Shown in pieces: positions 18,491-27,820 of a DNA stretch of 64,000 nt. The notes under the pieces were generated by a model that did not search any database, was not told the DNA's origin, and saw only the letters and a program-made list of their open reading frames with translations. The translations under genes were made by a program, and so were the position numbers. The DNA is from an uncultured Gammaproteobacteria bacterium. GTDB taxonomy: Bacteria > Patescibacteriota > Microgenomatia > UBA10105 > UBA927. The stretch lies in the NCBI GenBank assembly GCA_964629685.1, contig CAZVTT010000001.1, positions 705,319 to 769,318 of the forward strand, in the 5' to 3' direction. Numbering within the stretch: position 1 is the stretch's first letter; each line of letters begins with the position of its first letter.

Positions 18491-19552
18491 ATGAAAAACC
18501 AACAAAAACCACCGGTAGAAGCGTCCATGATCACCAAATTATTTTCCGTGGTGTGGGCTCAATTCGGATTAGTTTGGGATAAGGCCAGGGGTATAGTCGT
18601 GGTGCCACATTTGCCTGACAGAGTAGAAGGATATCAATTTGTCCGGAGAATTCAGCCGGAAAAATCCGGCCCGATTGCCGTCGGCGTCTACGTGAACAAC
18701 CGCGGTGAACAGATTGCCGTAAAAGTGTGGGAAGGGCGATATAAAACCCGGGCGTATTTCGAAACAATACACGAAATTATTACCGTGTGGACGTTAAACC
18801 AGGTGGCTAAACGCGTGCATTTACGGATTCCGGCCGCCATTCGCCATGTAAACGTACCGAACGTGGTGACGTTCGAAGTTGCACCCCAAAAATTATTACT
18901 GGCCACGGAATGGAGTCATGGTGATTTATTTAAGACCGCAACTCCACAACAGCAGATTTCGTTATACGAACAGTGCCGGCAGTATTTTACGGCCTTATCC
19001 GCACATATTACTCCGGCGGAGCGCCGGGTATTCGGAGATAAAACCCGGAATTATATTTTCTGGTTATATCCGGCAATAATTCTGACTGCCTGCTTCCGGC
19101 ATCCGGAACTGATTCCGCCTATTCTGGGCGGTGCCATGAATACATTAAACGGGTTTAGGTATTTGGCCTCGGAGTTGGAACAGGGACTGGTGCATGGTGA
19201 TTTACACGGAAATAACGTGTTGTGGAATCAAAAAGAAACGGTGATTGTCGATACGGCGAACGTGATGTGGAGTTATACCATAATAGAATATTTAGCGACG
19301 TTGGCCTCTCCGTTAACCCCGAAAGCCCTGGAGGAATATGTAGCCATGACCGTGCGGGACCAGGTAAATAAAACGGTAAAACAGCGGGTAGCCGGAAAAT
19401 TCATATCTGCATTTATCGGTATATTCGACCTGACCATCAGACTTACGCCGGCGCATATGAACGCAGCATTACGGTTGGTGCGGGGAGAGTATTTCCCGAA
19501 TACCGTCACGGCGTTGCCGACAGCATCGAAAGTAAAACAGGTACGGGTTTAA
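18491..19552 (+). CDS. APH/kinase-like phosphotransferase
   Basis: IAVKVW (ATP-binding Lys), LVHGDLHGNNVL (catalytic loop) and VIVD (Mg-binding). Confidence 0.75.
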   Translation: MKNQQKPPVEASMITKLFSVVWAQFGLVWDKARGIVVVPHLPDRVEGYQFVRRIQPEKSGPIAVGVYVNNRGEQIAVKVWEGRYKTRAYFETIHEIITVWTLNQVAKRVHLRIPAAIRHVNVPNVVTFEVAPQKLLLATEWSHGDLFKTATPQQQISLYEQCRQYFTALSAHITPAERRVFGDKTRNYIFWLYPAIILTACFRHPELIPPILGGAMNTLNGFRYLASELEQGLVHGDLHGNNVLWNQKETVIVDTANVMWSYTIIEYLATLASPLTPKALEEYVAMTVRDQVNKTVKQRVAGKFISAFIGIFDLTIRLTPAHMNAALRLVRGEYFPNTVTALPTASKVKQVRV

Positions 19553-19554
19553 CT

Positions 19555-20271
19555 ATGAACTTAAAACAAATACTATTCTCATCACCCCTATTTTCTTTAT
19601 TCGGGAAGGTGGTGCGTATGCTAAAGCCGAAATCATCCTTTCGGCTGGGTACAAAAACGACTATACCGTTAAGCACAAAATACGGATTGGATCGGGGTAC
19701 ACCGGTAAACCGATATTGGATAAAAAAAGCTATAGCGTTATGGAAATCCGATATCAGGGGAACGGTACTGGAAATAGGCGACCGCCGTTATACGTCCGAA
19801 TTTGGTGGGCAGGCAGTTAAGCGGTCGGATATCCTGGATATAGTAAAAACAAACTCGGCTGCCACTATTATCGGCGATCTGCGGAATGTAAAAAAACAAA
19901 TTAAGAACAATACCTACGACTGTATTATCCTGACGCACGTATTGGGGATGATAGATGATTATTCTGCGGCCATCCGGGAATGTCACCGGATACTTAAACC
20001 GGGTGGAGTATTGCTGGTTACCGTAGCCGCGTTTAGCCCGGTACTTGAACAGGCAAGCTCGTACTGGCGATTTACCGAGGCAGGTGCCAAATATGCATTC
20101 TCAGGTGTGTTTTCGAAAACAACAGTACAAAGTTACGGAAACGTATACAGCGGACAGGCATTTTGGGTGGGAATGTCGCAGGAAGAACTCACGCGGGAAG
20201 AGCTTGATTTTGACGATGAGCGGTATCCCTGTGTCATTGCCATTCGGGCGGTGAAGGAGGACAACGTATGA
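19555..20271 (+). CDS. Class I SAM-dependent methyltransferase (glycan-cluster type)
   Basis: GLDRGTPVNRY, VLEIGD, IIGDL, YDCIILTHVL, ILKPGGVLL and YWRFT. Confidence 0.85.
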   Translation: MNLKQILFSSPLFSLFGKVVRMLKPKSSFRLGTKTTIPLSTKYGLDRGTPVNRYWIKKAIALWKSDIRGTVLEIGDRRYTSEFGGQAVKRSDILDIVKTNSAATIIGDLRNVKKQIKNNTYDCIILTHVLGMIDDYSAAIRECHRILKPGGVLLVTVAAFSPVLEQASSYWRFTEAGAKYAFSGVFSKTTVQSYGNVYSGQAFWVGMSQEELTREELDFDDERYPCVIAIRAVKEDNV

Positions 20272-21194
20272 AGGCGTCCTTAAAAACCGTGACGGTAATA
20301 ATTCCGGCGCATAATGAGGCCGGCCAATTAAAAGACTTGCTTGGGGAAATACTTCAGCAAAAGCTGGTAAGCGGTGTGCTGAAGAAAATAATCGTATATT
20401 CGGACGGCAGTACTGACGGGACGGTTGCAGTGGTGAAGGGCCTGAAGGATTCCCGTTTGGAACTCCTGGTAGGAAAAACACAAAAAGGCAGAGCCGTCAG
20501 ACAAACACAGATGATGCAGACATGTACGTCTGATATTCTGATATTGCTGGATGCCGATATTGTCCTTACGGACGTAAATACCCTGGAACACCTGATTAAG
20601 CCTATTAGCACCGGAAAGGCAGAGCTTACTGCTGCGGCTATCCGGAATTTACCCCCTCAGACCTGGATAGAAAAAACGCTTTCCGCCAGTATGGAGCTGA
20701 AACATGAAATTTTCGCGTCGTGGAAGCAGGGAATAAATATATACAGCTGCACCGGACCGGCCAGGGCTATGGCTAAAACGTTTTACCGCAGTCTGCGGTA
20801 TAGTCATAGTGACGGGGAAGATATGTATACGTATTTGTCCTGCGTGAGTAAGGGGTTTCGGTTTGTGCCGGTACCATCATCCGTCGTGTATTACCGTCTG
20901 CCCACTAATCTGGCGGATTACTTTAAGCAATCGAAACGGTTTATATTTGCTCCCCAATATCTGTACGCTGAATTCGGAGAACACGCCGTACGCCGCGAAT
21001 TTGCAATACCGATATTTCACTCCGTCATTTGTTGCCTGAAAGCGGCACCGGGTATGTGGCACAAGGTGGGATATGTGTTGTCATACGTACTGGTTTTAGT
21101 AAGCAGCAGAATATTGAGTACATTCCGACCGAAGGTATCGGAAACCTGGCAGGCAAGTTCAACCAAAACGGTACGGGCGGGAGGGGCGGTATGA
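20268..21194 (+). CDS. GT2 glycosyltransferase (paralog 1 of 3)
   Basis: IIPAHNE, SDGSTD, LDAD, GEDMY and QSKRF. GAAGGAGG SD upstream. Confidence 0.88.
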   Translation: MKASLKTVTVIIPAHNEAGQLKDLLGEILQQKLVSGVLKKIIVYSDGSTDGTVAVVKGLKDSRLELLVGKTQKGRAVRQTQMMQTCTSDILILLDADIVLTDVNTLEHLIKPISTGKAELTAAAIRNLPPQTWIEKTLSASMELKHEIFASWKQGINIYSCTGPARAMAKTFYRSLRYSHSDGEDMYTYLSCVSKGFRFVPVPSSVVYYRLPTNLADYFKQSKRFIFAPQYLYAEFGEHAVRREFAIPIFHSVICCLKAAPGMWHKVGYVLSYVLVLVSSRILSTFRPKVSETWQASSTKTVRAGGAV

Positions 21195-22012
21195 ACTGGC
21201 GGAGGAGACAGGTACTGCTGGCGGTATTTCGGGTCGTACGGTCCGGTATTTATCGGAGTTTGGCAACCTGGGATAAAGTGTGGGGAAATCAGAACCCGCT
21301 GGCTATATATTGTTATCACAGTATCGGCGATGACTGGCGGTTTAGCGTGCGGCAGTCCGAATTAAAAAAACAGTTATTTTACCTGGCCGGGCAAGGTACA
21401 CCCGTAACGCTTTCAGACGTCGAAGCCTACCTGCAGGGACGCAAAGAACTACCCCGACCGGCATTTGCCATTACGTTTGATGACGGCTATGCCGATATAT
21501 TTGAAAGCAAACACCTCTTTCGGCGGTTGGGGATTCGGCCGACTGTTTTTGTATTAAGTGACCGTAAGGCCGCCAACAGAAATATACTGGCCACCGAAAA
21601 GCCGTTACTTGAACCGGTGCAGATTAAATCATTGCGGAAATCGGGTTGGTACATAGGTTCACACAGCGCCACGCACAGCGTACTCACGAATTTAAATAAA
21701 GACAGATTACGGCACGAAATAACCGATTCCAAGCGGAAATTACAACGGATGATAGGTGCACCGGTGCGGTTTTTTTCCTATCCCAAAGGGAAATATTCCA
21801 ATTCGGTGATAGAAACTGTCAACCGGGCGGGGTACACCATTGCCGTATCCATGGATGACGGATTAATAGGGCGGGATACTTCCCGGGTACACGTACCCAG
21901 AATAGGCGTTGATCAGACACACAGTTTTTCGGAGTTTACTACCCTGGCTTCACCGTCTGTGGTGGCGTTCCGGAATATGGTAAAGCGTTCTGCCTTCGGT
22001 AAATACGTATGA
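21191..22012 (+). CDS. Polysaccharide deacetylase (CE4/NodB, IcaB-like)
   Basis: YHSI, ITFDDGY, IGSHSATH and FSYPKG. Start ATG 21191 follows GGAGGGG and overlaps the upstream stop. Confidence 0.9.
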   Translation: MNWRRRQVLLAVFRVVRSGIYRSLATWDKVWGNQNPLAIYCYHSIGDDWRFSVRQSELKKQLFYLAGQGTPVTLSDVEAYLQGRKELPRPAFAITFDDGYADIFESKHLFRRLGIRPTVFVLSDRKAANRNILATEKPLLEPVQIKSLRKSGWYIGSHSATHSVLTNLNKDRLRHEITDSKRKLQRMIGAPVRFFSYPKGKYSNSVIETVNRAGYTIAVSMDDGLIGRDTSRVHVPRIGVDQTHSFSEFTTLASPSVVAFRNMVKRSAFGKYV

Positions 22013-23196
22013 AACAAAAACAGATACATGCCGTTGTGAAATATTTTTATCCGGTGGCAGCCGGTATAGAAACAAACATGCTGGAAACGTACAGCGTGTT
22101 GGTACAACGCGGCTGGAACGTAACCGTACACACGTCTACGAACACCCTTACGGAAGAGAACATATTACCGTCAGCGGAAGAGGTTCGCGGTATCCAAGTA
22201 CAAAGGTATCGGTACAACTGGTGGAGTTTCTGGCCGCAGTTACCCTGGGATAGTGCGGATGTGATCGCTCTGCACAATTTTAATGTTATTCCCCACGGGT
22301 TTTTATTATTCTATGCCTGGTGGCGGAAGATTACCGGTAAACGCGTACCCGTGATGATTCTTACTCCACACGGCGGGTATACCCCTGACTGGTTAATATT
22401 CCATCCGGTAGTGGCTTGGGCAAAGCGAATGTATCACGCGACGGTGGGTCTCTGGTTGATCAGGATGGCCTTAAATGGTATCCGGGCTGTGTCTGAGTGG
22501 GAACGGTTGGAAATAGCCGGTATGGGCGTTCGTACGGCCTTAATCCGGGTAATTGCCAATGGGATAGAAGACGAAGCCTACGGAAATGTAGATCACGAGG
22601 CCGGTGATCGGATTAAAAAACGAGTGAAAGGGTTCGGGAAATACCTGATTCAGATAGGCAGAATTTACGATATAAAAAATTACGAAACGGTATTGCAGGC
22701 GTTAACACAAATGCCTGCGGATATTAACTTTGTAATTGTCGGGCCGGTGGGAAGTAATGAGTATTTAGCATCGCTCAAACGGTTGATTGCGGATCTGCAT
22801 CTGGAAAATAGAGTGTTTTTTGCCGGCGTCGTGCGCGGCTATGATAAATACTACCTCATCAAACACGCTGCCATGATGGTCCATATGGCACGTTGGGAAA
22901 GTTTCTGTAATGCCGTACATGAAGGCATGAGTCAGGCTCGTGTGTGTATCGTGGCAGATAATACGGCGCTGAGATTTTTGGTGGAAGACGGGATAAACGG
23001 GTATCGGGTTCCGACTACAGACAGTACGGCATTGGCAAATAAAGTGCTGTATGTACTGGATAAAAAACATGCAGCAGAAATAACCAAAATTACGGCTACG
23101 GCTAAGAAATTTGCTCTGGCACACTCCTGGAAAAACGTGGCCATAACTATCGAATCCTGGTTAATTGATTTACTGTCGGAAAAGGAGCGGAAATGA
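22009..23196 (+). CDS. GT4 glycosyltransferase
   Basis: YFYPVAAGIE, TPHGG, IGRIYDIKN and ESFCNAVHE (EX7E). Confidence 0.88.
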   Translation: MKQKQIHAVVKYFYPVAAGIETNMLETYSVLVQRGWNVTVHTSTNTLTEENILPSAEEVRGIQVQRYRYNWWSFWPQLPWDSADVIALHNFNVIPHGFLLFYAWWRKITGKRVPVMILTPHGGYTPDWLIFHPVVAWAKRMYHATVGLWLIRMALNGIRAVSEWERLEIAGMGVRTALIRVIANGIEDEAYGNVDHEAGDRIKKRVKGFGKYLIQIGRIYDIKNYETVLQALTQMPADINFVIVGPVGSNEYLASLKRLIADLHLENRVFFAGVVRGYDKYYLIKHAAMMVHMARWESFCNAVHEGMSQARVCIVADNTALRFLVEDGINGYRVPTTDSTALANKVLYVLDKKHAAEITKITATAKKFALAHSWKNVAITIESWLIDLLSEKERK

Positions 23197-24089
23197 AATT
23201 AACGCGGACCATTACCATAGGGATTCCGGCATACAACGAATCAGCCAATATTGTAAAACTGATTGAGGCAGTACAGGCTCAAAAGTTGTCCGGCTTCAGC
23301 ATAAAAGAAATATTGGTCATTTCGGATGCTTCAGAAGATAATACGGATTCACTGGTCCGGTCGGTGCATGATTCCCGGGTCAAATTGTTCCGGAATCGTA
23401 CCAGGCAGGGGCAATCATTGTCGCAAAATATACTGTTAAAAAAGGCTACCGGTGACGTACTGGTATTACTGAATGCCGATACGCTTCCTGCAAATCCGTA
23501 TGCAGTTCAAAAACTGGCCGAAACGATCATGGATGGCGCGGATTACGCTATTGCCCGGGCTTGGCCGGTAGCGGCACGTACCTGGTTTGAACGGGTCATT
23601 AATTACAGTGTGTATTTGCGGACGGCCATTTTCGAACGGTTTCCAAATTATGACACCATTTATTTGTGTGGCGGCCGGGGCAGGGCTATGAGTCAGCGGC
23701 TGTACCGTAAGTTCCGCTGGAAGAAAGTGTTTACGGAAGACGTTTTCGCGTTTCTTTACTGCAAAAAATACGGGTTTAAAACCCAATATCAGCCGAAATC
23801 GGTCATTCTTTTCCGATCGCCAATAGACTGGCATGATCACAGCAAGCAAAGTCGTCGTTTCCGAGCCGGGCCGGAAGAACTGTTTCCGTATTTTGGCGAA
23901 GAAACGGTGCGTCAGTCATTTAAACTCCCGCTATCCGTAGCCGTGCCACCTATCCTTTTTTACCTGTTGCGGCACCCGTTGTGGTCTTTGGCTTACCTAA
24001 GCGTCTATCTGTTTACTAAATTGGCAGCTCCCCCACAAGCTACCGCCACGTGGTCGGTGTCTACGTCATCGAAGGGGCTAACATCATGA
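23193..24089 (+). CDS. GT2 glycosyltransferase (paralog 2 of 3)
   Basis: IGIPAYNE, SDASED, LNAD, TEDVF and QSRRF. Confidence 0.88.
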   Translation: MKLTRTITIGIPAYNESANIVKLIEAVQAQKLSGFSIKEILVISDASEDNTDSLVRSVHDSRVKLFRNRTRQGQSLSQNILLKKATGDVLVLLNADTLPANPYAVQKLAETIMDGADYAIARAWPVAARTWFERVINYSVYLRTAIFERFPNYDTIYLCGGRGRAMSQRLYRKFRWKKVFTEDVFAFLYCKKYGFKTQYQPKSVILFRSPIDWHDHSKQSRRFRAGPEELFPYFGEETVRQSFKLPLSVAVPPILFYLLRHPLWSLAYLSVYLFTKLAAPPQATATWSVSTSSKGLTS

Positions 24090-25303
24090 AAGCACCCTTT
24101 GTATTTATTCCGAATGTAACTACTCCTACAAACCTGGGTGATGCTGCAATGTACAAAAGTCTCCGGGAGTTGATTAGACGGGCTTTTCCGCAGGCCAGGG
24201 TGGCAATCGGTACCGGCGATCCGCAATTGCAGACTGATACTACGGTCAAAAAGCAGTTAAGTGTGTTCGATTGGATGATTATGGACAGGCGTGATCCGAT
24301 TACCCGGATAATTCGGATGCTCTGGGTAAGCCTGTACTATGTAAGCTATGTTTGGCGAATGCCGTGGTTACGGCAGAATAAAGCCTTAAGTGATTTGCTG
24401 GTCTCGTATGAACAGGCAGATCTGGTTGTTACCGTTGGATGCGGGTTTCTACGCGCCAGACCGGGAATATCACAGGCGATTAATCTGTTTTTGGTTTTAT
24501 TCCTATTTCGCTTTGCCAAAGTACTGAAAAAGCAGGTAATTGTATCTCCGTTGAGTTTCGGCCCCTTTGCCTACGAGTGGGAAGCCAGGATGTGCGCACA
24601 GGTATTAGACGGATTTACCGTGGTAGGCGCCCGCGAAGAATATTCGTATATGGCCATGCAGAAATATGGAGTAAAAAATGTGGTTTTATCCTGTGACCAG
24701 GCGCTGCTATTGCCAAAACGCAAAGGGAATCAGTCTAAGCGTCCGGTGGTGGGGTTTGTGATCCGTCCGTGGCTACCTTTGGAAGGTCAGAATAGTCTGG
24801 AAAAGGCTTATGCTCTTGCACTCTTTTCACTGCAGCAAAAAACGGATGTTGAATTGTTACCGATTGTGCAGGTGCAGGCTCCGTACGCTCAAAAAGAAGA
24901 TGATTCCGTGGCTTTGGCTCGGGTTGTTAGCACTCTTGATATGCTAGGTGCTAGAGTGCGGAAGCCCATAATTTTACGTGATATTTCACACGCGGAAAAG
25001 ACATACGGAGCAACCGTGTTAGTTTTGGGTATGAGGATGCATGCAAACATAATTTCTGCCACTCAATACGTGCCGTTTGTGGCAATTGCCTATGAATATA
25101 AAACACAGGGCATAGCCGGGACGTTAGGGATGAACGATTTTGTGTTACCGTGTGAAGATGTAACTCCGGAAGTACTGAGCGGATTATTGGAACGGGCATT
25201 CAGACAACGGACGGCGTTACGGACCAGGATAAAAAGCCGGGTACTGACACTGCAGCGAACGGAAACGGAGAAATGGGTGCGAATTCTGAGGGCTGCCTTA
25301 TGA
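24086..25303 (+). CDS. Polysaccharide pyruvyltransferase (WcaK/CsaB-like)
   Basis: NLGDAAM, SFGPF, ARE-x-x-S, GMRMHANI and AYEYKT. Start ATG 24086 (ATGA overlap). Confidence 0.88.
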   Translation: MKAPFVFIPNVTTPTNLGDAAMYKSLRELIRRAFPQARVAIGTGDPQLQTDTTVKKQLSVFDWMIMDRRDPITRIIRMLWVSLYYVSYVWRMPWLRQNKALSDLLVSYEQADLVVTVGCGFLRARPGISQAINLFLVLFLFRFAKVLKKQVIVSPLSFGPFAYEWEARMCAQVLDGFTVVGAREEYSYMAMQKYGVKNVVLSCDQALLLPKRKGNQSKRPVVGFVIRPWLPLEGQNSLEKAYALALFSLQQKTDVELLPIVQVQAPYAQKEDDSVALARVVSTLDMLGARVRKPIILRDISHAEKTYGATVLVLGMRMHANIISATQYVPFVAIAYEYKTQGIAGTLGMNDFVLPCEDVTPEVLSGLLERAFRQRTALRTRIKSRVLTLQRTETEKWVRILRAAL

Positions 25304-26199
25304 CCACACCACATCCAAGCATAACCATCGGTATACCCACTGTTTTGGCTGGTAAGCATTTGGTTCGGACGGTGGCGTCCATTTTCGAACAAACGATCCC
25401 GGTGAGTGCCGCGAGCGTAAAGATAATGTTGGACGGACAACCTATGCCGGTAAGTACGCTGAGAGCCCTTTCTCCGGAAATCAGAGTCAGAAAAACAGCT
25501 TCCCGTCAGGGACAATCCGCTAAATTAGATGATTTATTGGCGACCTCCCGGAGTGAATTGATTATTTCTACCAATGACGATGTGGTGTGGGCTCAAAATG
25601 CGCTGGAGCGGATTTATGCTGTGAGGCAATCCTCCCGGGCGGATTTAATCTGTGTCGGCGTGCGTCCGCTTCCTGCGCATACGGTTATGGAGAAGATACT
25701 ATCTGTCGGTACGGATATAAAAAATGAGGTCATACGCCGAACGCCGGGTCAGCAAACGTACCTGGTGTGTAACGGTAGATTGCTTGCGGTTTCCGCAAAG
25801 TTAGCTTCAAAAATGCGGGTTCCGTATAACATTTGGAACAATGACGCATTTATGTATTTGTTTGCCAAGCGAAACGGGTTTACCGTGGCGTATATAGACG
25901 AACCACTTTGTGCGTTCCGTGATCCTGCAACGCTTAAGGAGTATATCTTACAGACACTGAAATTTCAGCAATCCCGAAAGGAAAATGAGGCTGTTTTTGG
26001 TCCGCTGGGTAGCGAATATAGTATACCCATGAAGGTCAGAATACCGGCAATATTTGCCGTATTACGGAAGCGCCCGTGGTGGGGGAGCATTTATTTGGTT
26101 TTGTATCTTATTACCCGCTTGGTAGCAGTAGTGGTACCGCTTCCACAAAAACACAAACCATACTGGCCTATAGACATGAGTACGAAAGAGTTGGATTAG
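25300..26199 (+). CDS. GT2 glycosyltransferase, divergent (paralog 3 of 3)
   Basis: ITIGIPT, RQGQS, TNDDV, CNGR and NNDAF. Start ATG 25300 (ATGA overlap). Confidence 0.8.
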   Translation: MTTPHPSITIGIPTVLAGKHLVRTVASIFEQTIPVSAASVKIMLDGQPMPVSTLRALSPEIRVRKTASRQGQSAKLDDLLATSRSELIISTNDDVVWAQNALERIYAVRQSSRADLICVGVRPLPAHTVMEKILSVGTDIKNEVIRRTPGQQTYLVCNGRLLAVSAKLASKMRVPYNIWNNDAFMYLFAKRNGFTVAYIDEPLCAFRDPATLKEYILQTLKFQQSRKENEAVFGPLGSEYSIPMKVRIPAIFAVLRKRPWWGSIYLVLYLITRLVAVVVPLPQKHKPYWPIDMSTKELD

Positions 26200-26287
26200 G
26201 CGCTTTTTTTAAAGGTCATAATAATACCTCAGGATCTGAGGGTAGTAATTTGAGGAAAATTTAGCTATAATAATAGTCTTATAGAAT

Positions 26288-27820
26288 ATGAAAATAGGTC
26301 TATTTGGTCCGACCGCAAACGGAGGACAACATCGAAAAGGTAGTCGTCTGCGCTTCGGTGAAATCCTTACCATTAACCATCTACTTGGTGGCGTGTTTGT
26401 GCTGCTGCTCCTTTTGCTGAAAGGAACGTTCGGTTCCGGATTACAGCAGGCTACTACGCTTTCCACACCAGGAAATGCTTTTGAATCATCCATCGTGCGG
26501 GGCAGGTATGCGTTAACGCTCAGTCTGGCAGAAAACGGTGCGTTTACGTTTTCCCGGCCTATCGCTGAATTTGCCGCCCCGGATGTAGCGTATCTCGGGC
26601 AAGGTAAATTTGCTTCCATGTTCCCTCCGGGAATAGGCGTGCTGGCAGTTCCGTTTTATGTGGTGGGCAGAATGGCCAATGCCGGACAGTTAGTGACCAT
26701 GTCTCTGCCCTTACTGCTTACGGTTTTAAACGTATTTTTGCTTTTCCGGGTATGCCGCGCTTTTGGATTTGATCAGGCGGTGAGTGCTCTCACCGGGTTA
26801 ATCGTTACCCTGGGGACGGCGGTTTTGCCGTACAGTACGCAGTTGGTACAGCACCAGGTGGCTCTGGCCGTAGTGTTGGGGATGATGCGGGTAAGTTTAC
26901 TGCCGCAAACCATTCGCCGCAGAATATTGTTGTGGGGTATAGCATCCGCATCCGTGGTGTTTGACTGGCCTAATGCAGTGCTGGTGCTGCCGTTTTTGCT
27001 GTTGGATATACGAAATATGGTGGTAAGGCACGGAAAATTCAGCCTGCAGACAATGCTGCGGGATATACTTTTTCTGTTTTCTGCCGTCGGTGTCCCACTC
27101 ACCGGATTTGCCATATATAACTCTATTGCTAACGGAAATCCGTTTCAGATCGGTCAGTTTGCTCCATCCGTAACCCAGTTCCCAAATCCTTTTTCCTGGT
27201 TGTGGGCTCTACTATTTAGCCACATCGGCGCAGCGTTTCAGTTTACCAGGATTCCTTTCGGGTTGTGGGTACTGGGTGGGAGTACGGAACGGGGAGTATT
27301 ATTTTTTGCTCCCGTTATGTTGCTTTCGTTGCTTGGTATTATGTCGCTCTGGAGAAAATACCCGATCGTTGTAACTGCGCAGATAACCAGCATCGCTTTA
27401 ACATTGGGTTTGTATAGTTCTTTCGGTGACGTCTGGGGCGGGGCTGCATTCGGACCACGGTACCTCATTCCGGTTTTCGGCCTGGCTGCTCCTTTTTTGG
27501 CTAGTGCGCTGCACACCTGGCGGAAAACCCGTTGGTTTACAGGGATACTAAGCGTTACGTTGCTTTGGAGTGTCGGCATAAACATGCTGGGTGCTGTAAC
27601 GACGGTACTGCTACCTGGTGCGGAAGATTTGGCCACCGGCGGTTTGGGATCTACGCTTTTACCCGCCTGGGAAGTTCTGGCTACCGGACAGATGGGTTCT
27701 TTTCTGTATCGTCTCGGGTTACAGTATATAGTGCCGGGTATTGGATTCTACGGTTTTATGCTGGTACTCGCGTTGGGACTAATAGTACCTGTTTGGTTGG
27801 CTGTTTTTACCGATAAATGA
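26288..27820 (+). CDS. GT-C-like polytopic membrane protein (paralog A)
   Basis: RGRYAL, PDVAY, FPPG, RGVLFFAP and WGGAAFGPRYLIP, with many TMs. A TATAAT lies at 26266-26271. Confidence 0.7.
   Translation: MKIGLFGPTANGGQHRKGSRLRFGEILTINHLLGGVFVLLLLLLKGTFGSGLQQATTLSTPGNAFESSIVRGRYALTLSLAENGAFTFSRPIAEFAAPDVAYLGQGKFASMFPPGIGVLAVPFYVVGRMANAGQLVTMSLPLLLTVLNVFLLFRVCRAFGFDQAVSALTGLIVTLGTAVLPYSTQLVQHQVALAVVLGMMRVSLLPQTIRRRILLWGIASASVVFDWPNAVLVLPFLLLDIRNMVVRHGKFSLQTMLRDILFLFSAVGVPLTGFAIYNSIANGNPFQIGQFAPSVTQFPNPFSWLWALLFSHIGAAFQFTRIPFGLWVLGGSTERGVLFFAPVMLLSLLGIMSLWRKYPIVVTAQITSIALTLGLYSSFGDVWGGAAFGPRYLIPVFGLAAPFLASALHTWRKTRWFTGILSVTLLWSVGINMLGAVTTVLLPGAEDLATGGLGSTLLPAWEVLATGQMGSFLYRLGLQYIVPGIGFYGFMLVLALGLIVPVWLAVFTDK

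Noticed and set aside
26228-26242. CCTCAG-gat-CTGAGG as a terminator
   Set aside because: The stem is only 6 bp with no U tract. It could be an operator, but the support is too weak.
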